This document shows, one piece after another, positions 1-10,464 of a DNA stretch of 64,000 bases. The stretch's first letter is position 1. Each line of letters begins with the position of its first letter. The notes under the pieces are model-generated. The model was not told where the DNA came from. It made no database searches and worked only from the letters and a program-made list of their open reading frames with translations. Made by a program: the position numbers and the translations under genes. This stretch comes from Massalongia carnosa (Eukaryota): assembly GCA_965645245.1 (NCBI GenBank), contig OZ287086.1, forward strand, positions 124,001 to 188,000, in the 5' to 3' direction.

Positions 1-428
1 CTCTAGTAATTGGTAACCTTTCACGTTTCTCGGCTTCACCGTTCTTTCGCTTTATGCCAGTAAGGATGCGATCTAACACCGGGTGATGAAATACGTCGAG
101 ATTACCGAGGCCCATATCTATCTGGCATGATCTTATGCCCGTCAAGTAGCTCTTAATAGTTTTTGGTTGCAGGCGTCGTTCACCCAACGCTGCGATCCAC
201 GAAGACAGCGTCCGGATGTTGGCTGGAAATGGTGGCGCGTTGAGGTTTACCCTACAGTAAAGAACGTATCCCTTTCTTGCCGTTGTGTATAAAGATCTTG
301 TCTTAGTGGCCAGGCCCCACCAGAGGTATCGTGCTGCGATTTCGTCTAGAGGTACCTCACTGTACCAAGATGGGGGTGGATCGCGTCCTATATTGCTGAG
401 GGTAGAGCCTGAAACTGAGGGATTTTGT
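1..428 (-). CDS. Tyrosine recombinase, N-terminal part (partial, no start ATG)
   Basis: Hand translation: ...RYLWWGLATKTRSLYTTARKGY...FPANIRTLSSWIAAL...IKSYLTGIRSCQIDMG...RERLPITR. This is homologous to the YR at 40367-41530 (LVWHGHSADTRKGY...SYLAGLRSYHVD...RRLPISK). The frame is open to position 1. Confidence 0.85.
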
Positions 429-2004
429 CAGCCAGTTTCTTCAAAAGTCCTCTAGACAAGAGATCAGCAATATAATTTTCTTTGGATGATATCCATCGCG
501 CTTCTATCTGGATATCATGTAATGCAGCTAGCATTGTAATTGCCCGCAGGGCATGCATTGCTTGGCCTCGTATAGAGGTTTTATTCACTCCTTTCGTGAC
601 AGCGTAGCTATCACAATAGAGGATTAAATGACTACCCTTGCATATAGGTAGCCACTTTTTCATAGCTTGAAGAATTGCTGTCATTTCTTTGACGTTGATA
701 TGCTTTGCCCTAAGGCGCGTAGTAAAGCGTGTGCTAAAAGCCTGCCGGGCTGCTTGTATATTATGCAAATTTTGATCCTCGCTGAGGATAAAGCCGCCCA
801 TACCATATGAGCCGGACGCATCTGTCCATATTCTCATAGTATGTCTAGTACAGTTGAGCAGATGTATGCCATTCCATTTAGGTAGGAAATGATGCCACCA
901 TAGAAGATCAGCCCTCATGTCCTTGTTAAGATGGATTAGTTTAGAGGTTACGCTTGCCGTAGCATTGAAAAGACGGCGTAGAAAGGCTCTTCCTGGTTTT
1001 ACCACTCTGGCTGCAAAGCATAAGAATCCTAGAAGAGAGTCGAGTTCCTTCCTGGGTATGGCTTTTTTATTCAAAGCTGCCGATACTAGGGTCTTTGCTT
1101 TTAGTAACTTTTCGGAAGGCAAGCGTGCTTCCATGAGCGCGGTATCGATTTCAATGCCGAGGAAATCGCAAGTCGTTCCAGTTCTGTTCTTTTCGAGCTT
1201 GATTTTCATGCCAAGATCTTTACAAATGTTGTGGAAAACTTGATCAAACTTTTCAGCATCTGGTCCGGTGCTGACTATTATTAAAAAATCATCCAAGTAA
1301 TGAATAGCGTCTTTCCAACCACAGTTGTACAATATCCAGTTGATACCCTTCGCGAACAGATCAAAAAGGAACGGCGACGTTCTCAGCCCAAAGGGTAAGT
1401 ATTTATCCATCCAAAAGGAATCCTGCCACTTGAAACCTAGTAACCACCAATCGCTTTTTGCTACTGGTATGTGGCGAAAAGCGTCCGCAAAGTCTCTTTT
1501 AATAAGAATACACCCTGGCCCGCGTTGCTCAATCAACCTAATGGCTTCGTCGAAGCTGGTATATTCCAGGGAGCCCCAGTCTTCCGGTATGTGGTCGTTG
1601 ACTGAGCTACTCTCCGGATACGATAGATGATGGATTCGCCGCCAACCACCGTTAGCCTTTGGTACAAGGCCTAATGGGGAACATATAAAGCAAGAAGGAA
1701 TGTTGTTGACTTTCTCCAACCGATTACTAGCTATTTGTTCTTCGAGGTCATTGGTAAGAACTTCCGGTGCCTCATTTGCAGAGGCAAGATTATCGCTAAT
1801 AATGAGTTGATGTGGTCCTGTATAACCAACTTTGGCACCGTAGGTGATGATATCGATAATTGTTTGTGTGTAAGTGCGATCCGGGTGATTGGCCAAATGT
1901 TTCTCCCAGCCTTCTTTCTTCAATGGGCCCGGTGGGATCTTTGTTAGATTGTCCGTCAAGGTGTATGGAAAGGACTCCGCGATGGATAAGAATGGGGCGG
2001 TTAG
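388..2004 (-). CDS. Reverse transcriptase-RNase H (pol) of element A
   Basis: SPLGLVPK..GGWRRIHHLS, DFADAFR, LPFGLRTSP, YLDDF; RNase H WTDASG...E...CDS...NYIADLLSR. The frame is open from the codon right after the gag stop. Confidence 0.92.
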   Translation of the reverse strand, partial: LTAPFLSIAESFPYTLTDNLTKIPPGPLKKEGWEKHLANHPDRTYTQTIIDIITYGAKVGYTGPHQLIISDNLASANEAPEVLTNDLEEQIASNRLEKVNNIPSCFICSPLGLVPKANGGWRRIHHLSYPESSSVNDHIPEDWGSLEYTSFDEAIRLIEQRGPGCILIKRDFADAFRHIPVAKSDWWLLGFKWQDSFWMDKYLPFGLRTSPFLFDLFAKGINWILYNCGWKDAIHYLDDFLIIVSTGPDAEKFDQVFHNICKDLGMKIKLEKNRTGTTCDFLGIEIDTALMEARLPSEKLLKAKTLVSAALNKKAIPRKELDSLLGFLCFAARVVKPGRAFLRRLFNATASVTSKLIHLNKDMRADLLWWHHFLPKWNGIHLLNCTRHTMRIWTDASGSYGMGGFILSEDQNLHNIQAARQAFSTRFTTRLRAKHINVKEMTAILQAMKKWLPICKGSHLILYCDSYAVTKGVNKTSIRGQAMHALRAITMLAALHDIQIEARWISSKENYIADLLSRGLLKKLADKIPQFQALPSAI

Positions 2005-3159
2005 TCATTGCCTTGATGGGAGAGGCATCGAATTTGGGTTAGAGGGTTGATTTTTTCCATTTGTACAGTCCATCGCCCGATGTTGCTTTCCACATTTCTC
2101 ACACACATGTTGGAATCTACAATATACGGGACAGTCTTTGCCATAGTTGTATTTCTTACAGATAATCTTTTCGCCTGAGGTTTTGAAAGCCGTAGAATTA
2201 TCGTCCGGTTTTGCAAAGTAAGCGGACGGTTTCCGCACAAGATGCCTTTCCAAGGAATGGTCCATTTCTTTCCATCCATCCGGGTTGTCAATCCCGCGAA
2301 AGGCTCGAGATTTGTGGAAATTCAAATGAAAGATGCGAACCGAGTCCCAGGTGTAGAAGGCGTATAATGATAGAAGATGGTCCTGATAAGCCATGAAGGC
2401 TCTCATCAGGTTTATCTGGAGACCGGGGTGTGCAAAGTGTAGTAGTATCATCCAATATACCCCGAGACATCGTATCAAATGAACTATCCCTTTGATATCT
2501 TTTAAGGAGCCATCTTCTTCTCTCGTGGCGATTTCCAGACCTTCTCCGAGTTTGACGTATCTAGAGTTGGTTTGAACTCCGTCGATGTCGGTACATAGCT
2601 TGGTAATGTTGATTGGGTCAAACGTATTCTCGGAGATTTGCTTTATCCATATGGGCTTGATAGTGGGATATTCGTTCATAAGAGAAACAAAACGAGGATC
2701 CATACCTTCTGTATACAATGAGTTTGGTCGATGCGGTGGAAATGATGTCGGAAATAATAGGGAAGGCTGTTGAGCTGAGGCTACTGGCCCAGGGACCACG
2801 TCTCGGGCACGTGCTTGTTGGGTTTCGATATCCCGCCTAAGACTTACTCTTTCTCTTTCCTCGGCTTCCCTGCGGGACATTTCGCGTTGTGCTCTAAGTT
2901 CAATAATGTCATCAGGGGTGCGAGAACGGGTTTCCGGTATAACAGGCCCTTGTGAGGAGGAATTAAACGCTGAAGATGGAAGAGGGGAAGGTTGAGGATG
3001 GCTTTGAAGGGTTGCCGTGCTGTCTTGTGAGTCGGGTACTTCGACGTCTGGGTTGGAGTTGGCTAGATTTGCCCTAGCTCTAGTTCTAGTACGGGCTAGA
3101 GTGCTGCCTTGTGTGCGGGAGGTAGGCTTGGTGATTCTGTTGGAGATGCGGGTGGCCAT
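2005..3159 (-). CDS. Gag-like ORF1 of element A
   Basis: ATG at 3159 (MATR). Disordered and coiled-coil N-terminus, helical core, C-terminal CKKYNYGKDC...C...H..C..C...H zinc finger as in DIRS-type gag. Confidence 0.85.
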   Translation of the reverse strand: MATRISNRITKPTSRTQGSTLARTRTRARANLANSNPDVEVPDSQDSTATLQSHPQPSPLPSSAFNSSSQGPVIPETRSRTPDDIIELRAQREMSRREAEERERVSLRRDIETQQARARDVVPGPVASAQQPSLLFPTSFPPHRPNSLYTEGMDPRFVSLMNEYPTIKPIWIKQISENTFDPINITKLCTDIDGVQTNSRYVKLGEGLEIATREEDGSLKDIKGIVHLIRCLGVYWMILLHFAHPGLQINLMRAFMAYQDHLLSLYAFYTWDSVRIFHLNFHKSRAFRGIDNPDGWKEMDHSLERHLVRKPSAYFAKPDDNSTAFKTSGEKIICKKYNYGKDCPVYCRFQHVCEKCGKQHRAMDCTNGKNQPSNPNSMPLPSRQ

Positions 3160-3586
3160 TTTTGGAGGAGAGGGATTTGAATAGAGTAAATTTAAGTGTA
3201 GTGGTTGTATAAATTTGAATTGGGTGAAAAGAAAACGTTGCAAACAGTGCTATCAAAATGCTATGCTTTTTGATTGTCTTGAGATGTGAGATGATGAGGG
3301 ATACCGTCTGGGACCTCCTCTTTATATATCTTCTTCCTATTCTCCTTGTCCTACTCTACCATCCCAGTATGCCCCATGAACGCGGCCCATAGCAAGGCAT
3401 ACACAAATCCGAAACCTAACTGTCGTCCGAAGGATCGATGCGGTGCTAAGATCTCTATGCCGTGCTGAGACATCCTTATGGTGCTGAGACATCTATGCCG
3501 TCCGAGAGATCCATGCGGTGCCGAAATCAAAGCGGGAGCTGTCTCGATTAACGACGCACTAGCTCTCAGCATAGCCGAACTAGATA

Positions 3587-4520
3587 GGAGTCGATTTTCG
3601 GGGAAGATCTCCAATAAAGATGGTCAAATGCAACGCTCGGTAATTGACGGGGCGCACTTGCTGCCGATAGACGGAGAAATACGTTCCTTTACCAATCGGC
3701 TCGCTATCACTCCACGATCGAATGGAGCGCGGCTTGAGCCCCAGACGCTGCAACCAGGCGCTAAATCCGCCGTATGTCAGCCCGAGTAGATTCGGGACAG
3801 ACCCCATCTGGCAGACCCCTCGTAAAGTTCTACTGCTTATTAGGACTAGCTTAAGCCTCACCCTCACACTAAATTAATAGTCCATCTACTAATGCAACGT
3901 CCCCCCGCAAGCTTCATATACCCAGTCACTTGCAACATTACTTATTGCTGTAAACATCACACGTAGCTAGCCTCGGATTATTTGATGAGGGGTAATCATC
4001 CCATATACGCTGCGGGAGAGGGAGGGGTGGAGCCGGAAGAGAATAAGGAAGAGGATAAGGAGGAGGTATGGAGGATGTTTCGCAATGAGTTTTCAGAGTT
4101 GAGGTCATCGCAATGAGTGTATATAATAGTAATGAAATATTAGAGTGTAATAGGTGTGACTTTTTCATACAGTCAATCTGGATATAACGACTTATCAGCT
4201 AGGTATATGTTGCATTAGTAGATGGACTATTAATTTAGTGTGAGGGTGAGGCTTAAGCTAGTCCTAATAAGCAGTAGAACTTTACGAGGGGTCTGCCAGA
4301 TGGGGTCTGTCCCGAATCTACTCGGGCTGACATACGGCGGATTTAGCGCCTGGTTGCAGCGTCTGGGGCTCAAGCCGCGCTCCATTCGATCGTGGAGTGA
4401 TAGCGAGCCGATTGGTAAAGGAACGTATTTCTCCGTCTATCGGCAGCAAGTGCGCCCCGTCAATTACCGAGCGTTGCATTTGACCATCTTTATTGGAGAT
4501 CTTCCCCGAATATCGACTCC
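3587..4520. mobile_element. Non-autonomous foldback/MITE-like DNA element with ~310-bp terminal inverted repeats
   Basis: 3587-3898 is the near-perfect reverse complement of 4209-4520. Flanked by TA on both sides (3585-3586, 4521-4522). ~310-bp core with no transposase. Confidence 0.85.
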
Positions 4521-7500
4521 TATGTCGCCTTTAAGCGGATGTTTGTTCGCAACCAAGCCTCGCAGGAGATTGACGATCAAGGACAGTTGTACGCCATCTG
4601 CCGGGAGATTCAGGCACTCATCCACCCCGCGCTCCGTGAGCATGAGAGTATCGTGAAGCTGCAAGCGATCGTTTGGGAGAACAGGTTTGGCGCAGGGTAT
4701 GAGAGCGGAATGCCAATGTGGCCGACGCTTGTGCTAGAATATTGCGAGACGACTTTGGCCGATCATCAGACAAACAACCCTCCAATCGATGCCACGGTCA
4801 AAAGCATCATCGGATCAAAGATAGGAAGCGGCTTGGATGCTCTGCATTCCGCGGGGATCTTTCACGGTGACCTGAAAACCGAAAACGTTTTACTCAACAT
4901 TGGGGATGGAGGATCGTTGGAGCCAAAGCTTGCTGACTTTGGTTGTTCGGCGATAATCGAGAATGGTGATGGCAAGAAGAAATATTGGATTGGTGGAACA
5001 TCCATGTGGCGCGCCCCAGAGGTAGTCATCTACTCTACTGTAGGGGTTTTGAGTTTAATCTGACGTTTTCGAGGCGGCCAGTGCCCAGACTATTTCGAAG
5101 ATGTCGATGCAATTGCCGCAACCGACTGGTATTCCTTGGACTGCTGTTGTAGCGCCTCTCGATAGATGGCAGAAACCCAATGGATGAATTAGAAATCATA
5201 CCGACGGAATGGTCTCAGGAAGAAAGACTGTTAGCGATGCAGTTTCTGAAAGAGACCGATTGTCTTTCCGCTCTCCTTGGTGACAGCACTGCGCCAGACA
5301 ACTTATTGCCCCTTAGTCGTTTACTAGCGAGCCTTTTGCTGAAAGACCCCATAAAAAGGCTAGAGGCTATAGAAAAATCCGCACTCGAGGTTGTACCGTT
5401 CCTATCGCAAAATGCCCGTATGATTCGAGACCGCGAATCGGATCTCGAATCAGATCCTATCAAGCTGGTTATCGCTTAGATATGCGTAAGCTATCTAGCT
5501 TATTTGTTAGGTAGGTTTACGTTCTAAAAGAGACTGGTTTTGGATTTGATAAATTGATCTGTTTATTTAGGATGGTTGTTGATGATAGAAATCATCTCTA
5601 GCTAAATATCTATTTTATCTTATCCCATCACCTTTTGTGCGTACTCAGTAGCCAGCCATTCACTAAGTGCAACACTTGCTAACCGAGTGACACTTCTATT
5701 AGTGGTGATATTGGTAGGCCACCTACCAATTAGTGTGGTCTAATCGGTTAACAGATCCTGTCCGTCTGCAATCACAGAACGAATATTTAAACGTTATCGA
5801 GCAACTATCAAGTCACCATCGTAGCAGCAATTCGGAATCGTCAGGGGAAGATAAGGAAGAGCCGGATCTTCTAAATATCTTTTCCTTCTTCTCAACTACA
5901 ACTTCGAAAAGTGTAGTTGTAGTTCCCAACTTCGTGAGTGACCTCATTCTTTAATGTATGTTATGGTAACCTTTTTAAAAACTAAAAACGTGGTCTCATT
6001 GTCTCCTTATGATTGGCAATTTTGACGCTTAAAATAGATACCTCTTTACCATGGGGCGTGAACATTCGCTCAATTCAGCCACGCGTTCTCGATTAACTCA
6101 GGAACTCCTAACAATATACGAAGATGACAACGGAACTGAACATCTTCACCAGTGCCTCGAGTGCAATTCTTTGAGTAAAATAGACATGGATCCGCATCGA
6201 TTGACGCCTGACGCTTTGATTAAGGAGTTATAGTAATGTAGCGAAAGTTTGAAACACACTTGCTTAACACAGCCATCACAACCCAATTCAGCACTTATCA
6301 AGTCAGCAGTTCCACGAGCTCTACATAATCTTACTTCATCCAAAGTCGTTCATCGAAAGGGTGAGGCGGCTTACCAACTCTTTTTGACCACTATCTCAGG
6401 ATTCGGCATCAAGAGAGATATTGCTCGTGCTTTTAAGTTCCTCGAAGATGCTGCCATGTCCGGAAGTCATTACTGCTGTGTTTGGCTCTGCCGACACTCG
6501 TTTATAAATCGAGATATTTCCCCTCAAATACCTTTTCGAAAATGGCTGGCAATAACTGTGTTTTTTGCAGCTGGCATTCCATCCGAGGCTTACCTCGCCT
6601 TAGCAGAATTAGATCCCATCTTAGCCAGAACATTAGCTGTGGCGAGAAGTAAAGCCTACAACGGCTCTACGGCAAGCTTTGTAAACACGAAATTCAACGC
6701 CGTTTGCGATTTGTATGAGACGACCTCGGATCTGTCAATGCAACTTTCCCCGATGGCTGATGGATCACCTGCAAGACAGGACGAGTTTTTTTAAAACACG
6801 TTATTGCATTTAACCGCTGGATCGGAAAACTCCAACACATCAGTCCTGGAATACTGCACTTCCGTCCTGAAAATCGACAAGAACGTGCGGAACGCCGATG
6901 GAGTGACACCGTTGCTCATGGCTTGTCGTGCTGGGAGGGAGGAGAAGATTCTGGCACTGCTGCACCTTAACGTAGATGTCGATTTGGTTTATGCTGGCGG
7001 TAAAACTCCGCTGCACTGGCTTGGCTTATTGCCGGACCCTACACGAGTATTGGAAGAATTCCTCCTACGCGGTGCCGATATCAATGCGCAAGTAACTCAA
7101 GAAAGGGCGCTACCAAGTTTTCTTGGCGGGTTGAAAAGTTTCTATGTGAAAGGGCCTCCTCTCAACTGGGCAATGGCTATGGGAAATCAGTTATGACTTT
7201 ATGGAGTGATCTACGAATACTGAATAATTATGCCAAACCCGAAGAACAAGAGAGGGCTCCGTTCCGTGATTGGGCTGAAGTCAATTCTTTTTATCAATAC
7301 CTTGTCTCAGAGGCTGTGTCTGAGTGTCGGGGAGAAATCCTAGAAATTATACTGAACGGTCTCAGCAAGAGCATGGCGACTATAAAAGACGCAGATCCAA
7401 GCAGCCTTAAGCACGCAAAACTTCCGCTCTCACATCCAGCTTGGGTCGAACATCGCCTAGTTCACGAAGCTGCAGTCAGGGGTGATCCTGAAATTTTACA

Positions 7501-8290
7501 CATCGTTCTCGACTACGGGGGTGACGCAACCAGTATGGACGGGTTTCAACGGAGCACCTTACATCTATTATCAGTTTTCTCGAATAACGCGGAGTCAGCC
7601 GGTAACCTTCTCGACCACGGTGCTCATTCTCTCCTGGACCACAGGACTGAGATGGATGGCATGACTGCATTTATGACGGCAGTGGCTAACTGTAATTTCA
7701 TAGTTGCAGATCGTCTTCTTCGCAAAACCCCTAACACCGAGCGCCAGACTTTACTCTCAAGCCGTCCGGCAGGCATGGCCTTTGCAGAGCTATCGTTGTT
7801 CGGCCACCTTATCGCTTGGTCGACGACTGTGGGCGAGAAGCCGGTAGAGTACCTCTGCAGCTTGCCAGAAATCCGAGAGACCCCGGATTTGCTCTTTATC
7901 GTAGACGAGACCAACAAATACTCCGCCCTTATGATGGCCTGCGGTATAAAGTCCGGTGGAGGCATACTCGACACGGAACTATTTGCTTGTTCTCGAAGGA
8001 GAAGGACCATCAATCTGTTGGTGCGCCAATTTCCCAAACAGCACCATATCGACAGTAGAGATAATCACGGCAACACTGCACTTCATCTTGCAGCCTTTTT
8101 AGGAAGCAAAGACACGGCAACTGCGCTTCTGGAAGCCGGCGCAAACCCGAATCTTCTCAACTCCTCAGGAGCCAGCCCCTTGGATGTTTCTTTGTCTCTG
8201 ATCCCTCATACCTCTGGGGAAATCGGGCTTCAAAGAAATTTTTGGTGGAGTGTTTTGAAGCTGGAAGAAACGATATTTGCATGCAGTTGA
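4521..8290 (+). pseudogene. Protein kinase + SEL1-like + ankyrin-repeat protein (disrupted)
   Basis: YVAFKR (subdomain II), CREIQAL, LVLEYCE, HGDLKTENVLL, KLADFG, GT..WRAPE, DWYS, KDPIKR; SEL1-like GEAAYQL...GFGIKRDIARAFKFLEDAA; ankyrins GVTPLLMAC, GKTPLHWL, GNTALHLAA. Disrupted by stops, frameshifts, a solo LTR and the 5' foldback element. Confidence 0.85.
5458..5753. mobile_element. Solo LTR (degenerate)
   Basis: TSD GATCC at 5453-5457 and 5754-5758. Termini TATCAA...TTAACA (TGTCAA...TTGACA after G>A changes). Removing it restores the reading frame ESDP|VRLQSQNEYL. Confidence 0.8.
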
Positions 8291-8584
8291 GGAGTAAAAG
8301 TGCAACGCATGCACTTCCTCTGGCAGTGAAGAATGCCTGGGCTACGCACTTACCTTATCCCTGGGTTCGAAAAATGCAAACATTGTTCTCGTGAAAGTGC
8401 CTTGCAAGCCAAACCGAACAGATTGTTGAAATGAATTAATCACTTGATGCATGTACGAGTATTTTTGAAGAGAATAATTTCGATTATTGTCTATCGTGGG
8501 TGTTTTATGAACATCTATCAACTAAACTACCCTTAGTCTATTCTGGTCAAGCAGTCAATCAATTACCTAACCTTGTCTATTAGA

Positions 8585-10464
8585 TTAACGTTTTAGTATA
8601 ACAGCAACACTGATAATCTTACGCAAAACATCTACCAAGCTTGTACACAACGTCAAAAAAAAAGAAGCTTGGGGGAAGCCTTCTGCCTCAAACTCACTCA
8701 TACGAGTACCCTGCCCTACCGAGTCGTGTTCAATGACTCGATCCGTCAAACAAGTTTCGACCACTTCTTGATATATTTTGCCACATCTGAACCCAAGGCT
8801 TTCTGCACACAAGATTAAGCGGTTTTGCCAGACTTGTGGCTTTCTTGAGTCCCTGTATTTATCTGGCTGGGCCCCAATCAAACTCCAGTTACCAATCTCG
8901 AGAAGCACAACTCCGAGCGCTTAGATGTCGTACTGTTTGCGGAATCGCGGTGAGGACGGAGAAGTATCAGACGGCCACAAGGACGGGTGGCGGTAATCGT
9001 TGCTGCTTCGGTCCAAAGGATTCTCCAGCGAGGGTGTGGTAGGGCGGTCAGGACGCGAGAAGTCGAAACCTAGCAGGAATGGGTGGGATGGATCGAGGTC
9101 TGAGGATGATGAAGAATAAGTCGGTGACAGGCTGAAAAGAACATTTGATGAACTGACTGCTTTGTGAAGCCAATCAGACGCATGAAGCTGAAGAATGATA
9201 TTACAGAGAGCCGTAGCAATCTGGAACCGATCACCCAGGAACGGAGGCGTCGTTGTGCCATTTATGTACTCATGGAGAGAGTAAGGGCGAGACGATATTG
9301 ATGTTGGCAATGCAGTGTTTGATGGTTGGGGTAGTCTTGACATAGCTAGAGGCCTAAACAGAAGACCGTATCTCTCAATAGACTTTTCTGCAAGATACTT
9401 CGTGTCTTTGAAGTGACCAATGCATCTGAGAAGCCCGAAATCGGCTGATCTCTCCGAGCTAAGTACCACAGCAAGCGTCTTGATGCGCGATCGTATAGTT
9501 TCCATGTCATTGAAATTTAATGATCGGTCCACATATCTCCATTCCAGAATCGCGGGTTCATTGCTTCCATCCGCCCTTGCGACTGAGGCAATGAATCTAT
9601 TCTGGCCGGCTTTCTTGGTATCTCTAGACTTGAAACTCACCAAATCCGTCACACTGGTTGACGGTAGCAGGAGTTCATTTGCAAAGGATGGACTCGACTC
9701 GTTCACCACTGCGGTTAAGGCAGCTCGCCTCAGATCTGCGCATGAAGCGAGCAACTCCATTGTTTTGTTCCGTTTCGCGTTGTTCTTCACTTCTGACAGC
9801 GTTGCCTGATCCAAAATCCCCGGAAGCACCACAGATGGTAAACCCTTTGCCAGCGCAATCCACATGATTGCGGGCAACGCAATCCACATGTTTGCGGGCA
9901 ACGCAATCCACAGGCTCTAATTCAGCAGTCGCAAGTCTTCAACAAGTCTCCTAAGCTTGACGCTGTCGCTCAGTGCCCAACGGAGCTTTCCTAGCCGCGA
10001 TGTTGAGACGACGATCGAACGTTCCATCGTCGGCCGTTTGACTTCCGCAATATTCAACGCGGCACAGCTGCGTATATCGTCCAGACTCAGATCCTGAAGC
10101 CCAATCATAGGATCTGGGGTTGAATCCTTACCAGCCTCGCAAATTCTGACCCCGTACCCAAAAATATTACGTCGATGTCGTCCAATAACAATTTGATAGC
10201 GTCGAGACGCGCAACAACGAATTTCTGCGTCTCGTACGATTCTCTCAATAGCAATTGGCACCCCTGCGCCTGAGAAATCCCAAGATGTCTGCCCCAGAGT
10301 TGCAGCCTCCGTCTCTCAACTTCAAGATGCACACCTAGTAGATGTGCGTCTTTGCCGATGTCATTTGCAGAGCGGATGAAAAAATCATACGCTCTATTGC
10401 AGGTCTGGAACAGAGAGAGCAGGCTCGCAAGACCTATTCCTCCGATGATGAGTTCCACCGGCAT
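8585..10464 (-). pseudogene. HeLo (prion-inhibition/HET-S N-terminal) domain + pseudokinase, MLKL-like architecture
   Basis: N-terminus MPVELIIGGIGLASLLSLFQTC...LEVERRRLQLWG...KLRWALSD..KLRRLVEDL is HeLo-like. C-terminus LHASDWLHKAVSSSNVLF, PFLLGFDFSR, YRHP, YDI*ALGVVLLEIG is a kinase fold. One frameshift (~10165) and two in-frame stops (9917, 8921). Confidence 0.8.
9853..9912. repeat. 24-bp tandem repeat (~2.5 copies) encoding (L/M)WIALPA(N/I)
   Basis: GCAATCCACATG(A/T)TTGCGGGCAAC repeated directly. Confidence 0.9.

Larger units (their letters stand above)
1..3530 (-). mobile_element. Tyrosine-recombinase (DIRS/Ngaro-like) retrotransposon A; 3' part runs off the window
   Basis: Order gag (2005-3159), RT/RNase H (388-2004), YR (<1-428) on the minus strand. 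TATA-like GATATATAAAG on the minus strand near 3320-3330. Short degenerate GTGCTGAGAC-type repeats at 3440-3525. The 5' boundary is approximate. Confidence 0.9.

Noticed and set aside
2843..2848. Perfect GTAAGT donor in gag A as the YR splice donor
   Set aside because: Phase 0, incompatible with the phase-1 acceptors in front of YR.
3580..4656. Twin ORFs MRVRLKLVLISS on opposite strands
   Set aside because: Artefact of the inverted repeat; GTG starts and no protein motifs.
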